Shown here piece after piece: positions 47,695 to 57,945 of a stretch of 58,278 nucleotides of DNA. The stretch comes from Clostridia bacterium. Lineage in GTDB: Bacteria > Bacillota > Clostridia > Christensenellales > UMGS416. How positions within the stretch are numbered: the stretch's first letter is position 1; each line of letters starts with the position of its first letter. The stretch spans positions 1 to 58,278 of the forward strand of contig DAOWFX010000015.1 in assembly GCA_030637745.1 (NCBI GenBank). The letters run 5' to 3'. The notes below the pieces were generated by a model. That model saw only the letters and a program-made list of their open reading frames with translations. It made no database searches and was not told the origin of the DNA. The translations under genes and the position numbers were made by a program.

Positions 47695-48213
47695 ATGAAA
47701 AAAATCAACGCAATTGAATATTCTGCTGAAATCCTAGAAGGGTTTAAGGCAGGTGGTGTTTTCTTGAACAGCAAGCTAGGAGATAAAATCAATACCATGA
47801 CCATGGGCTGGGGCTCACTGTCTGTCTACTGGGGCATGCCCATACTCATCGCACCGGTGAGGATATCACGTCACAGCCATCATATGATTGATGAAAGTGG
47901 TGTGTTCACAGTGAGCATCCCTGCAAAAGGCATGCTTAAAAAAGAATTGAGTGTATGTGGCTCTCAATCGGGGCGAGATATTGGTAAGTTTGATACATAC
48001 AATATCACAGCACAGCAAGGACAAGTCGTGAATTGCCCTGTGGTGGGAGAAGCACGTATACAAATCGAGTGTAAGGTAGTTGCTAAAACACAGCTTCCTG
48101 CAAAAAAAATGACGCAGTCCATCATCGATAAATGGTATGATGGCACCATGCAGGACGGGGATTATCATACATTGTTTTTTGGCGAAATTGTGGATGCATA
48201 CATTATCGATTAA
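47695..48213 (+). CDS. Flavin reductase-like (flavoredoxin) protein
   Basis: NTMTMGWG, VRISRHS, CGSQSGRD, YHTLFFGEI. Confidence 0.88.
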   Translation: MKKINAIEYSAEILEGFKAGGVFLNSKLGDKINTMTMGWGSLSVYWGMPILIAPVRISRHSHHMIDESGVFTVSIPAKGMLKKELSVCGSQSGRDIGKFDTYNITAQQGQVVNCPVVGEARIQIECKVVAKTQLPAKKMTQSIIDKWYDGTMQDGDYHTLFFGEIVDAYIID

Positions 48214-48237
48214 TATAAATAACAGATAAAATCAAGT

Positions 48238-48266
48238 CTTCCACCGACATGTGCGGGGGAAGTCCT
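48238..48266. repeat. Second copy of the palindromic repeat, between convergent genes
   Basis: CTTCCACCGACATGTGCGGGGGAAGTCCT. Confidence 0.85.
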
Positions 48267-48317
48267 AATATAGTATTTTCATTCACTAACAAACGTGCGT
48301 TTCGAAATCGAAATTGT

Positions 48318-49433
48318 TTATTTTAGATTCTCCGAGTTCAAACACTTCAATTCATCCAATACAAATAATCCATCTTTTCTGATGAGTACATCATCAAAGT
48401 AAATCTCCCCACCGCCATATTCGGGGGTTTGGATAAGGATTAGGTCCCAATGGATTGCGGAGTTGTTGCCGTTATCGGCTTCGTCGTAACAATTCCCGGG
48501 CGTCAAGTGGATAGAGCCTGCAATTTTTTCATCAAACAAAATATCCTTCATAGGCTTTGTGATGAAGGGATTGACGCCAAATGCGAACTCGCCAATATAA
48601 CGTGCACCTTCATCGGTGTCTAAAACTTTGTTGATAGCCTCCGGTAGGTTGGAATCCGCTTTGATAATCTTCCCATCCTTAAACTCAAATGAAATATTTT
48701 CATAGGTCACCCCTTGATAGAGTGCTGGAGTATTGTATGAAAGTGTACCATTGATAGAGTCTTTTACGGGTGCTGTGAACACTTCGCCATCGGGGATGTT
48801 GATAGTTCCTGCACAAGCAACAGACGCGATACCTTTGATTGAAAAAGTTAAATCGGTACCTGGACCTTTGATATGCACTTTGTCTGTTTTATCCATGAGT
48901 GATGTGAGAGATTGCATTGCTTTTCCCATCTTTGAGTAATCCAAACAACATACATCAAAATAGTAGTCCTCAAAAGTCTCTGTAGACATGTTAGCCATCT
49001 GAGCCATGGAAGCAGAAGGATAGCGTAGCACCACCCATTTGGTGTCTGGAATGCGTGCACCCCAGTGTACTTTTTTGCCGTATATGGACATATATTGTTC
49101 CATCTTGTCTGCGGGAACATCCGATAGCTCTGCAGAATTAGCACCGCCACGTATTCCGATATAGGCATCCATCTTTTGCATCAACTGAAAATCCACATCT
49201 GCCATGATTTCAAGATTTTGCTTGTTTGCACCTTTAAGCAATGCACGCATCACATTGCTGTTTCGCATGTGTACAAATGGATTAGCATCTGCTGCATATG
49301 CTTCATTGACCAATTGAGATGCCATCTCGTAGTGATCTCCAAAGACTTCAATGAGTACATTCTCGCCTTTTTTCAGTCTGCAAGAATAGTTGATGAGGTT
49401 GTATGAAAGTGTTTTAATTCTTGGATCGAGCAT
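48318..49433 (-). CDS. Aminopeptidase, M29 (AmpS/AmpT-like)
   Basis: NIPDGEVFTAP, GEFAFG, LFDEKI..H, IHWD. Confidence 0.93.
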   Translation of the reverse strand: MLDPRIKTLSYNLINYSCRLKKGENVLIEVFGDHYEMASQLVNEAYAADANPFVHMRNSNVMRALLKGANKQNLEIMADVDFQLMQKMDAYIGIRGGANSAELSDVPADKMEQYMSIYGKKVHWGARIPDTKWVVLRYPSASMAQMANMSTETFEDYYFDVCCLDYSKMGKAMQSLTSLMDKTDKVHIKGPGTDLTFSIKGIASVACAGTINIPDGEVFTAPVKDSINGTLSYNTPALYQGVTYENISFEFKDGKIIKADSNLPEAINKVLDTDEGARYIGEFAFGVNPFITKPMKDILFDEKIAGSIHLTPGNCYDEADNGNNSAIHWDLILIQTPEYGGGEIYFDDVLIRKDGLFVLDELKCLNSENLK

Positions 49434-49594
49434 GGTATTCTCCTTAATATGATTATAGATTTAAGTATATAATGAATAAGATGTCATAGCAAGAAATCAT
49501 AGTTATATTAAAAATACATGAAACTTCTGTAAATAGGCTTTCACTGCTTTATTGTTACCACTTTTTTATGATATAATACAAATCTATTAATTTT

Positions 49595-51265
49595 GTGTTT
49601 AGGAATTATATGCCACGTAGAAGTGATGATGACAAAACAAGTAGTAATCGCAGACGTAGTGAGGGCACCCGCACTACAACTTCACGGCGCTCATTACAGA
49701 AAAATAGTGAAGCAAAAAGGCCTATAAGTAAGCCAACTTCGAAAGAAAAGGTAACCACTGCTAGCGACAAGCCTAAACTATCGTTTGAAGAGAAGTATTT
49801 GGGTAAGTCTGAAGCAAATAAAAAACCTGCTCGCACAAAAAAACCAATTGAAGAAAAAAGAATATCACAGAAAAAGCATTCAAAATCATTGTGGAAATCA
49901 AAACCCACACCAAAAAAAGATATTTCTTCAAAAACTGTTAAAAAAGATGAAGCTAAACCGCTTCGATCTCTTATAGATAAAACCTTAGAGTCAGATGCTC
50001 GCTCAAAAAATAGAAAGCATAAGGTAGATGCAGAGATGCGCAAGAGCTTCATCAAACTCATTGTTATGGTGGCAGTCGGTATCGGTGTTATCATTGGCAT
50101 ATACTATGGGGTACAGTCAATACTTGCAAAGCAAAGCGGATTTGTCGACATTGAAAAAACAGAGCCCCCTAGCGCAGTAAGTACTCAAGTGCCCAAAGAT
50201 AGAAATCAAGCAAATAACACAGCAGAAGGAGAGAGTACCATTACTCCGAATCCTGCTGTGGTGCGCGACATCAGCTATGGTGCTCGTGATATTCAATTTA
50301 AGGAACGACATATCAACATTCCCGGAATATATGATAATGAGTTGTTGTTTTCAGCAGGTTCAGGCAGCCTTTATGTGGGAAGTAATGTTCTTAAAAAGCT
50401 TTATCTTTATAACCTTGATTCAGGTGATGAAACTCTTATAGCAGAAAGCGCTATTGATGGCGGCGTATTTTATGAAACCTTAGTGAATCATAATTGGTTG
50501 GTGTGGCTAGAAACCGATCGTGGCACCAAAAACTACATCATGACCATGAACCGCGCAACAGGTGAGATTAGTAAAATCCAATCTTTCAAAGAAAGCCAAC
50601 CAAAATTGCAGATGTATGGCGATCTATTAGTGTGGATGGAGCAAGTGTCTCCAACTGAGGATAGACTAAGCATGTCAGACCTTAATAACCAAGAATACTT
50701 ACCGATATTTACTTTCACAGATAAAGCTACATATGGAGTATCTTCTCCATGTGTTTATGAGGATACAATAGTATGGGCAGGCCCTGATCCTACACAAAGC
50801 GATGAAGATAAACTGGTTGAAGAACACTCTGCAGTATATTACCTTGAACTTGTAGCAGATGAAACCGGTGCACTAGGTGATGCTGAATACTTTTCTCCCA
50901 ATACATATGTACATGAACCTTTATACAACGGTGATGTATTTGTATGGCTAGATGGTAACAAGTCACCTAACTCCAACCTCTATGTGGGAAGACCGGACGA
51001 GGAAGCAAAACTGATTGCCAATGGTGTCACGACATATTCTGTCGGCGATGGTATCGTTGTCTACGGGAAAGACCAGGCAGTTTGGGTATATATCACTGCA
51101 ACAGACGAACTATGCAGGCTCACCTCTCCCAACGAAAAAGGCATGTTACCTGCTGTGACAAAGCGAACTGTAGTATGGTATAATTTATCAGTAGAATCAG
51201 ATAAAAACGTCTTGCGATTTAAGGTGTTGACAGATGATGAACTGTATCCCGGAGGAATGGACTAA
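49595..51265 (+). CDS. Single-pass membrane protein: basic disordered N-terminus, likely extracellular beta-propeller
   Basis: K/R/S-rich first ~150 aa, TM ~152-172, repeated LVW/IVW/VVW blades; stop overlaps the radA start. Confidence 0.65.
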   Translation: MFRNYMPRRSDDDKTSSNRRRSEGTRTTTSRRSLQKNSEAKRPISKPTSKEKVTTASDKPKLSFEEKYLGKSEANKKPARTKKPIEEKRISQKKHSKSLWKSKPTPKKDISSKTVKKDEAKPLRSLIDKTLESDARSKNRKHKVDAEMRKSFIKLIVMVAVGIGVIIGIYYGVQSILAKQSGFVDIEKTEPPSAVSTQVPKDRNQANNTAEGESTITPNPAVVRDISYGARDIQFKERHINIPGIYDNELLFSAGSGSLYVGSNVLKKLYLYNLDSGDETLIAESAIDGGVFYETLVNHNWLVWLETDRGTKNYIMTMNRATGEISKIQSFKESQPKLQMYGDLLVWMEQVSPTEDRLSMSDLNNQEYLPIFTFTDKATYGVSSPCVYEDTIVWAGPDPTQSDEDKLVEEHSAVYYLELVADETGALGDAEYFSPNTYVHEPLYNGDVFVWLDGNKSPNSNLYVGRPDEEAKLIANGVTTYSVGDGIVVYGKDQAVWVYITATDELCRLTSPNEKGMLPAVTKRTVVWYNLSVESDKNVLRFKVLTDDELYPGGMD

Positions 51266-52620
51266 TGGCAGTCAGCAAAACACTATTTTACTGTAGTGAA
51301 TGTGGCAATGAATCACGCAAATGGGTAGGCAAATGCCCTGCATGCGATAGTTGGAACACATTAGTTGAGCAACCTGCTCCCAGTAAAAAAGCAGCAAAAG
51401 CGTCCCACTTCACGCAATCTACTCCCATACGTTTCAAGGATATATCTAAACAAGAAACAATGCGCAAAAAAACTGCTATTGATGAATTCGATAGAACATT
51501 AGGTGGCGGATTGGTAGAAGGATCTTTGGTACTCATCGGTGGCGATCCCGGAATCGGGAAATCAACCCTGCTATTGCAGGCAATTGATAAACTCGCTTTA
51601 GTTGATAATAAAGCACTCTATGTGTCCGGAGAAGAATCTGTAAAGCAGATTGCCATGCGTGCAGAACGTATTGGTGTGAACAATGACAATATCTTAGTTT
51701 TGTGTGAAACAGATATTGACTCTGTGGTAGAGCATATCCACAAAGTGCAGCCTTCAGTTGTTGTTGTAGACTCTATTCAAACTATGTACCAAAGCGACAT
51801 GAGCTCAGCGCCGGGAAGTGTATCCCAAGTTCGCGCCTGCGCCGCAATATTGATGCAAGTTGCAAAAACGACTGGTTACCCTATATTCCTCGTGGGACAT
51901 GTGACCAAATCGGGTGCTATTGCAGGACCCATGGTCTTGGAGCATATGGTAGATACTGTGCTCTACTTTGAAGGGGATGCAAACCATGCATACCGCATGC
52001 TACGCACACAAAAAAACAGGTTTGGCTCTACCAATGAAATCGGAATGTTTACTATGCTCGAAACAGGTATGGAGCAAGTAAAAAACCCCAGCATGATGCT
52101 GCTTGAAACTAGAAGCTATGATACCATCGGTTCCTGTGTGGGTATATCTATGGAGGGCACGCGCCCTGTATTGGTAGAAATCCAAGCATTGCTATCAAAG
52201 ACTGCATTTGCAGCACCTAGAAGGCAAGCAAGTGGAATTGACTACAACAAGATGGTACTATTGCTTGCTGTACTTGAAAAAAAGATCGGCATGCAAATAT
52301 ATGATCAAGATGTGTATGTCAATGTGGCAGGTGGGCTAAAGGTTATTGAACCCGCAATTGACCTCGCTTTGATGCTATCTGTAGCATCAAGCATTAAAAA
52401 CCGTGCATTAAGCATTGACGCGGCAGTGTTTGGTGAGGTAGGATTAACGGGGGAAGTGCGTCCTGTAGGCCGTGCAGACCTCAGAGTCAACGAAGCCATA
52501 CGGTGTGGATTTAAAAAAATCATCATGCCAAAGAGAAATGTAAAGGATATTAAGGTATCATCTGAAGTCAAATTGATTGGTGTGGATACACTAAACCAGG
52601 CCTTGGAGAATGCTTTTTAA
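51265..52620 (+). CDS. radA: DNA repair protein RadA/Sms
   Basis: C4 zinc finger, GDPGIGKST, KNRFG, Lon-like C-terminal domain. Confidence 0.98.
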   Translation: MAVSKTLFYCSECGNESRKWVGKCPACDSWNTLVEQPAPSKKAAKASHFTQSTPIRFKDISKQETMRKKTAIDEFDRTLGGGLVEGSLVLIGGDPGIGKSTLLLQAIDKLALVDNKALYVSGEESVKQIAMRAERIGVNNDNILVLCETDIDSVVEHIHKVQPSVVVVDSIQTMYQSDMSSAPGSVSQVRACAAILMQVAKTTGYPIFLVGHVTKSGAIAGPMVLEHMVDTVLYFEGDANHAYRMLRTQKNRFGSTNEIGMFTMLETGMEQVKNPSMMLLETRSYDTIGSCVGISMEGTRPVLVEIQALLSKTAFAAPRRQASGIDYNKMVLLLAVLEKKIGMQIYDQDVYVNVAGGLKVIEPAIDLALMLSVASSIKNRALSIDAAVFGEVGLTGEVRPVGRADLRVNEAIRCGFKKIIMPKRNVKDIKVSSEVKLIGVDTLNQALENAF

Positions 52621-52681
52621 GAAGATACTAAACTAATAATCGAAAGGTGAATGATTCATTCGCCGCAAAAGGAGGTACTAT

Positions 52682-53767
52682 GTGAAAAGATTTAGGATTG
52701 TTATTCGTATTGCAATGACAGTAATTGGGGTAGGTGCAGGACCGGGACTCTATTTCCTCGTTGCAAAAGTTTTAGAAACAGCTGGGTTTGAGAACTTCAC
52801 ACAGTTATTGACGGACTGGGCCAATCTAGTAATTATGATTGTACTCGCTATTATTTTCGGACTTATTTTTAATTTTTTATCCCCGTCACTGGCGAATTGG
52901 TTACAAAGAAAAGAAAAACAGCTAAAGAGCTTACCCACTATTGATATGATATCAGGTGTTGCAGGGCTTATTATTGGTATGTTCATTGCATACTTGCTCT
53001 CAAGACTACTGCAAGTACTACCAACCCAAATGGATTGGTTTGTCCTACTTGTTTCTGTATTTGCATATATTGTATTGGGATACATGGGCATCTCAATTGG
53101 TGTGACCAAAAGAGATGATATCAAGTCCTTATTCAACATTCGACGCAACAAACAAGACGAAGAAGAAACTTTTGGTAGTAAAAAGAAGCTACTGGATACC
53201 AGTGCTATCATCGATGGCAGAATCTACGATATTGCATTGTCGGGGTTTTTGGAAGGAACGTTATGTGTTCCTGCATTTGTACTGACTGAGCTTCGACATA
53301 TAGCAGACTCTGAAGATGACTTGAAACGTGGACGCGGTCGTCGTGGATTGGATATACTTCAAAAAATTCAACAACTTAAAGAAGTAGAAGTTGAAATCCT
53401 CAACCAAGATGTTCCCAAACTTCACGAAGTAGACGCAAAGCTCATCAAACTTGCTCAAATGCTAGATGCATCTGTAGTCACCAATGACTATAACCTCAAC
53501 AAGGTTGCAGGTGTGCAAGGCGTGCAGGTACTCAATGTAAATGAACTTGCAAATGCAGTTAAACCTGTTGCTCTGCCCGGTGAGCGCATGTTTGTGAAGA
53601 TCGTTAAAGAAGGAAAAGAGCAGATGCAAGGCGTAGCATTCATGCCTGATGGCACAATGATTGTGGTGCAAGATGCTCGCAATTTAATTGGTAAGGATTT
53701 GGAAGTAGAAGTCACAAGCTCTCTGCAAACTTCTGCAGGACGTATGATATTTGCGCGAATTGTGTAA
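52682..53767 (+). CDS. yacL: PIN/TRAM domain membrane protein (YacL)
   Basis: Four TMs, LDTSAIIDGR, RGRRGLD, TNDYNLNKV, LQTSAGRMIF. Confidence 0.93.
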   Translation: MKRFRIVIRIAMTVIGVGAGPGLYFLVAKVLETAGFENFTQLLTDWANLVIMIVLAIIFGLIFNFLSPSLANWLQRKEKQLKSLPTIDMISGVAGLIIGMFIAYLLSRLLQVLPTQMDWFVLLVSVFAYIVLGYMGISIGVTKRDDIKSLFNIRRNKQDEEETFGSKKKLLDTSAIIDGRIYDIALSGFLEGTLCVPAFVLTELRHIADSEDDLKRGRGRRGLDILQKIQQLKEVEVEILNQDVPKLHEVDAKLIKLAQMLDASVVTNDYNLNKVAGVQGVQVLNVNELANAVKPVALPGERMFVKIVKEGKEQMQGVAFMPDGTMIVVQDARNLIGKDLEVEVTSSLQTSAGRMIFARIV

Positions 53768-53774
53768 TCTTATA

Positions 53775-54254
53775 TCAAATAGTCCTTTCATCAATTAATA
53801 CAAAAGGCCTCGATTGATATGCCGAATAAATCGGATAATCCAGGCCTTTTAAATAGTTATTATACCGGTAAGCATATGTTGGATGCTCAATAAGATTTAG
53901 AACTTTGTTTTTTGCAACCCACTTACCTTCACTTGTTTCATTGGATGGTTTGAATTCTCCATCAATATATTCACAAGTAAAATCCATCATCACCTTTGTT
54001 GGAACATGCGTCTTCCCATCATGTCCTACATGCTCTTTAATATTGGAGTATATACCTATTAGTTTTTTAGCATTCACATTAATATTACTTTCTTCCAAGA
54101 TTTCGCGTTTCAATGCTTCTATTAGGCTTTCTCCTGTTTCCACTTGGCCACCTGGGAATTCCCATCCACGCCAAAAAGATTTTACTAATAATATTTCTTC
54201 TTTTTTGTTGACAACAATCCCACCGACTGCAACGATATGTGTAGGGTACGACAT
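53775..54254 (-). CDS. NUDIX hydrolase
   Basis: GGQVETGESLIEALKREILEES Nudix box. Confidence 0.93.
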   Translation of the reverse strand: MSYPTHIVAVGGIVVNKKEEILLVKSFWRGWEFPGGQVETGESLIEALKREILEESNINVNAKKLIGIYSNIKEHVGHDGKTHVPTKVMMDFTCEYIDGEFKPSNETSEGKWVAKNKVLNLIEHPTYAYRYNNYLKGLDYPIYSAYQSRPFVLIDERTI

Positions 54255-54278
54255 GTTATTCCTCCAAAAACATTATTA

Positions 54279-54758
54279 TTAGTCGGGGTATACTTTCCAA
54301 TTATCTTCTTCATTTAGAAAGTTCTGCAGCTCATCATTATCTAAAGACATCTTCATATACCGTCCTTCAGCTGCGACTGCTACAACGCCATCGGGTGTGT
54401 AGATCTCTCCTGTGCCTTCAAACATCATACGACTATCTCGCGTAATCCTGCATACTGCTCTAAGCTCAGTATGAAGTGGTAGTGGCTTTCGGTATTTAAT
54501 CTTCAGATCTGTTGTTATTCCCCATTCATTCGGTGACTTTATCTGCAATGCGCGCCCGATTGCTTCATCGAGTATGGATGCTGCAATCCCGCCATGCATC
54601 CTGAATGGGTAGCTTTGATGACTATCTCCAGGAGTGAAATATGCTTCTAATTCCCCATTTTCCATTTCATAAAACTTTGCTTTGATTCCAAAAGTATTTT
54701 GCACACCACAGACAAAGCAATGTTTCGCATTGGGTTGCTTTTTTGTTTTAACAGACAT
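54279..54758 (-). CDS. PaaI family (hotdog-fold) thioesterase
   Basis: CFVCG..N..G, HGGIAASILDE. Confidence 0.88.
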   Translation of the reverse strand: MSVKTKKQPNAKHCFVCGVQNTFGIKAKFYEMENGELEAYFTPGDSHQSYPFRMHGGIAASILDEAIGRALQIKSPNEWGITTDLKIKYRKPLPLHTELRAVCRITRDSRMMFEGTGEIYTPDGVVAVAAEGRYMKMSLDNDELQNFLNEEDNWKVYPD

Positions 54759-54829
54759 TTAATCTCCTTTTAATCTTTTTATTCCTATAATATGTTATAA
54801 TCATTGTATACTTATTTAGGAGGCACTTT

Positions 54830-55162
54830 ATGAATAAAACACCTACATGGCTCACCTATATATTGGGTTGGGTTACCGGATTAATCTTCTTAGGAACTGA
54901 AAAGAACGATGCAGAAATTAGATGGCATGCAGCAAACTCAACCGCAGTATTTGGTGCTGCAACAGTAGTCACCGTCGTATTGAATATATTGTCTAGAATC
55001 CCGTTTCTGGGAGTTCTCTTTGGAATCGTTGGATGGCTAGTTGGCGTAGTAACATTTATCCTTTGGATCGTACTAATGATCAATGCAGGAAACGGTTCAC
55101 GCTTCAGAGTCCCATTCCTTACAGATTTTGCAGAGAAAAACCTACTCAATCTGTTCAAATAA
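54830..55162 (+). CDS. DUF4870-like small membrane protein
   Basis: LTYILGWVTGLIF..EK..RWHA; three TMs; GGAGG RBS. Confidence 0.8.
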   Translation: MNKTPTWLTYILGWVTGLIFLGTEKNDAEIRWHAANSTAVFGAATVVTVVLNILSRIPFLGVLFGIVGWLVGVVTFILWIVLMINAGNGSRFRVPFLTDFAEKNLLNLFK

Positions 55163-55166
55163 GAAG

Positions 55167-56948
55167 TTAACTAAGTGTTGCGCGGATCCTTCTGACTCCT
55201 GCAGATGAAGATTGCTCTTTCTTGATTTTGAAAGTGCCTAGTTCTCCTGTGCTTTTGGCATGCGGTCCGCCACATATTTCTTTTGAAAATTCACCTGCTG
55301 TGTATACTTTTACCACATCTTGATATTTGGATGTGAAGATACCAACAGCACCACTGCTTCTGGCTTCATCTACTGACATCTCTTCCATTGTAATGGGTGC
55401 ATCAGCTTTTATTGCGTTATTTACCCACACTTCAAGATCATCACACTCTTCACGTGTCACTTTTCTATCAAAATTAAAATCAAACCTTGCACGCTCTGCC
55501 GTGATGTTTGATCCTCTTTGGTTTACATCATCACCAAACTTAGCTCGCAATGCAGCAAGCAATAAATGCGTTGCTGTATGTAGCTTTGCAGTTTGCTCAC
55601 CTGAGTCTGCAAGACCACCTTTAAACTTTTGATCCGCCCCTTGAGATGATATCTTCTGGTGTGCTGTAAATGCGTTGTTAAAACCATCTACATCGACTTT
55701 TAAATTGCGCTCTTTTGCCAATTCGCAGGTAATCTCAATTGGGAACCCAAAGGTATCATAGAGCCTGAAGGCTGCCTTGCCGTCGATAGTGTCACCCTGT
55801 TGCATGGTGTTTGTTAACTTATCGAGTTCGCGTAATCCACGACCTAACGTCTTTGCAAACTTTGCTTCTTCTTTGTTAAGTTCATCGTGAATGCGTGTTT
55901 TGTTGTCTATGAGCTCAGGGTATACTTCACCATAGATTTCAAGGACAATCTTTGCTATTTGCCATGTGAACTGTGCAGGAAGCTCTAAAGAACGTCCATA
56001 GCGTACAGCACGCCGGACAACTCTACGAAGTATATAGCCTTGGTCTAGATTGGATGGCGTGACACCACGTTCATCTCCAAGAATGAATACTGCAGTACGA
56101 CAATGGTCTGCGACAATGCGCATAGCATATGTAATTTCTTCGTCTTTATTATATTTCTTATTTGATAGTTCCTCTATTTTAGCTATAATCGGTGCAAATA
56201 AATCCGTTTCATACACCGAAGACTTGCCTTGCAGTACAGCGATGGTGCGATCTAGCCCCATGCCGGTATCGACATTCTTCTTTTCCAGTGGTAGATATTT
56301 CCTATCTGCTGTTTTGTTGTATTGCATAAATACATTGTTCCATATCTCTAAGTACTTCCCACAATCACATGCAGGGGAACAATCATCAGAACAGGGGTCA
56401 TCATCGGATATATAAAATATTTCGGTATCAGGACCACAAGGACCTGCCGTACCTGCAATCCACCAATTGTTTTCTGCAGGCAGATAGAAAATTCTCTCCT
56501 TTGCAATACCGCATTCTTCCCAAAGTTGCGCAGATACTTCATCACGAGGAGCATTTTCGTCACCTTCAAAAACTGATATTGCAATTCTTTTGGGGTCAAT
56601 AGCAAGCCATTTTTCAGAGGTTAAAAATTCATAACTCCATGCGATGGATTCATCTTTGAAATAATCACCCAAAGACCAGTTACCAAGCATCTCAAAAAAA
56701 GTAAGATGGGATGCATCGCCTACTTCATCGATATCGATAGTGCGTATACACTTTTGCACATTACACAGCCTGTTTCCTGATGGATGCGGTTCCCCTAACA
56801 AATACGGTACCAAAGGATGCATTCCTGCAGGTGTGAATAAAACCGTAGGATCGTTTTCCGGTATCAATGATGCTGATGGGATTATTTTGTGTCCCTTTTC
56901 TTCAAAAAAGTTAAGATATTTCTTCCTTAGTTCTGCCGCTGTAGTCAT
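55167..56948 (-). CDS. alaS: Alanine--tRNA ligase, short form lacking C-Ala
   Basis: DPTVLF, HLTFFEMLGNWS, LEIWNNVF, DTGMG, LYDTFGFP, HTATH, CGGPH, GVRRIRA. Confidence 0.96.
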   Translation of the reverse strand: MTTAAELRKKYLNFFEEKGHKIIPSASLIPENDPTVLFTPAGMHPLVPYLLGEPHPSGNRLCNVQKCIRTIDIDEVGDASHLTFFEMLGNWSLGDYFKDESIAWSYEFLTSEKWLAIDPKRIAISVFEGDENAPRDEVSAQLWEECGIAKERIFYLPAENNWWIAGTAGPCGPDTEIFYISDDDPCSDDCSPACDCGKYLEIWNNVFMQYNKTADRKYLPLEKKNVDTGMGLDRTIAVLQGKSSVYETDLFAPIIAKIEELSNKKYNKDEEITYAMRIVADHCRTAVFILGDERGVTPSNLDQGYILRRVVRRAVRYGRSLELPAQFTWQIAKIVLEIYGEVYPELIDNKTRIHDELNKEEAKFAKTLGRGLRELDKLTNTMQQGDTIDGKAAFRLYDTFGFPIEITCELAKERNLKVDVDGFNNAFTAHQKISSQGADQKFKGGLADSGEQTAKLHTATHLLLAALRAKFGDDVNQRGSNITAERARFDFNFDRKVTREECDDLEVWVNNAIKADAPITMEEMSVDEARSSGAVGIFTSKYQDVVKVYTAGEFSKEICGGPHAKSTGELGTFKIKKEQSSSAGVRRIRATLS

Positions 56949-57060
56949 TTAGTACTCCTTCTATTGAGACCTATATACGTGGGTTTTGGTATTAGTTTAT
57001 GTATCTTACAATATTATAGGTTGATATTTTACTTGTCAAGAAATGAAAATTGGTAAATCG

Positions 57061-57945
57061 CTATTCCCTTAGCCTTCCATCTGTATTGCGTTTTTTTCGT
57101 GTTCTTCGTGATGTTAAGCTTTTTAGATGTCGATTATACTTTTTGATGTCAAAGCTCATGTCCATTACATTAAACTTTTCAACCAATTCTCCGACATGAC
57201 GCACTTTGCACGTGGACACAGGAAGCAATACATCGCACCGTGCATCGAAGTCGTCCGTGGACAGGTCAACATCCCACAATTCATAGTATTTGGACGTGTA
57301 CTCCTTTAGGACACCTGTCACCTTGATGACCTCATCTGCATAGGTGACCTCAGCTACTACAACATTGCCAATGTACTTTTCTAAGATCGGATCATATGAT
57401 GCGTCCAGTGTACCTACCAGTTCTTGATTTACCTTCTTTGAGTACGCTGTGGATTGGTTCACCGCAGCACTTCCACCACTAATGGTAGTAAGCTTTCCTG
57501 AAAGCTGAGTAAAGATATCCATCATGGCATCTTTGATCGTGCGAAAGAAGTTGTTGATACTTCTTCCTAGACGTCGAAGTAAGTTGGGATGATATGCGCG
57601 TTTCATCTTTGTTGCACGTTGTTTTTGATTCTTCTGGTTCATATCCTTTGCATAGCGCGCAATGAATGCGATGTTTTTGTATTCTGCTTTATAGATAATA
57701 TAAGACATTTCTTTTGTATGTTTTTGTGTATCAGTTACTCTATATAGAAGTTCTATTCCCGTATTTGCAACATTTAGCTTTCCTATGCTTTCTGTTTTGT
57801 CGTGCATGAATATATTCACATAATCATCTTTAAATCCTTTTAAGGATTTATCGATGTGCACTCTTCTAATGAATGCAATGATTAAAGTGGATGCAACAAT
57901 TAATACGATAGTGAGCAAAAATGTATCTTCAAATATCGCTGTCAT
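57061..57945 (-). CDS. Hypothetical membrane-anchored protein
   Basis: AAGGAGG RBS before ATG at 57945; N-terminal TM; basic C-terminal tail. Confidence 0.7.
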   Translation of the reverse strand: MTAIFEDTFLLTIVLIVASTLIIAFIRRVHIDKSLKGFKDDYVNIFMHDKTESIGKLNVANTGIELLYRVTDTQKHTKEMSYIIYKAEYKNIAFIARYAKDMNQKNQKQRATKMKRAYHPNLLRRLGRSINNFFRTIKDAMMDIFTQLSGKLTTISGGSAAVNQSTAYSKKVNQELVGTLDASYDPILEKYIGNVVVAEVTYADEVIKVTGVLKEYTSKYYELWDVDLSTDDFDARCDVLLPVSTCKVRHVGELVEKFNVMDMSFDIKKYNRHLKSLTSRRTRKKRNTDGRLRE

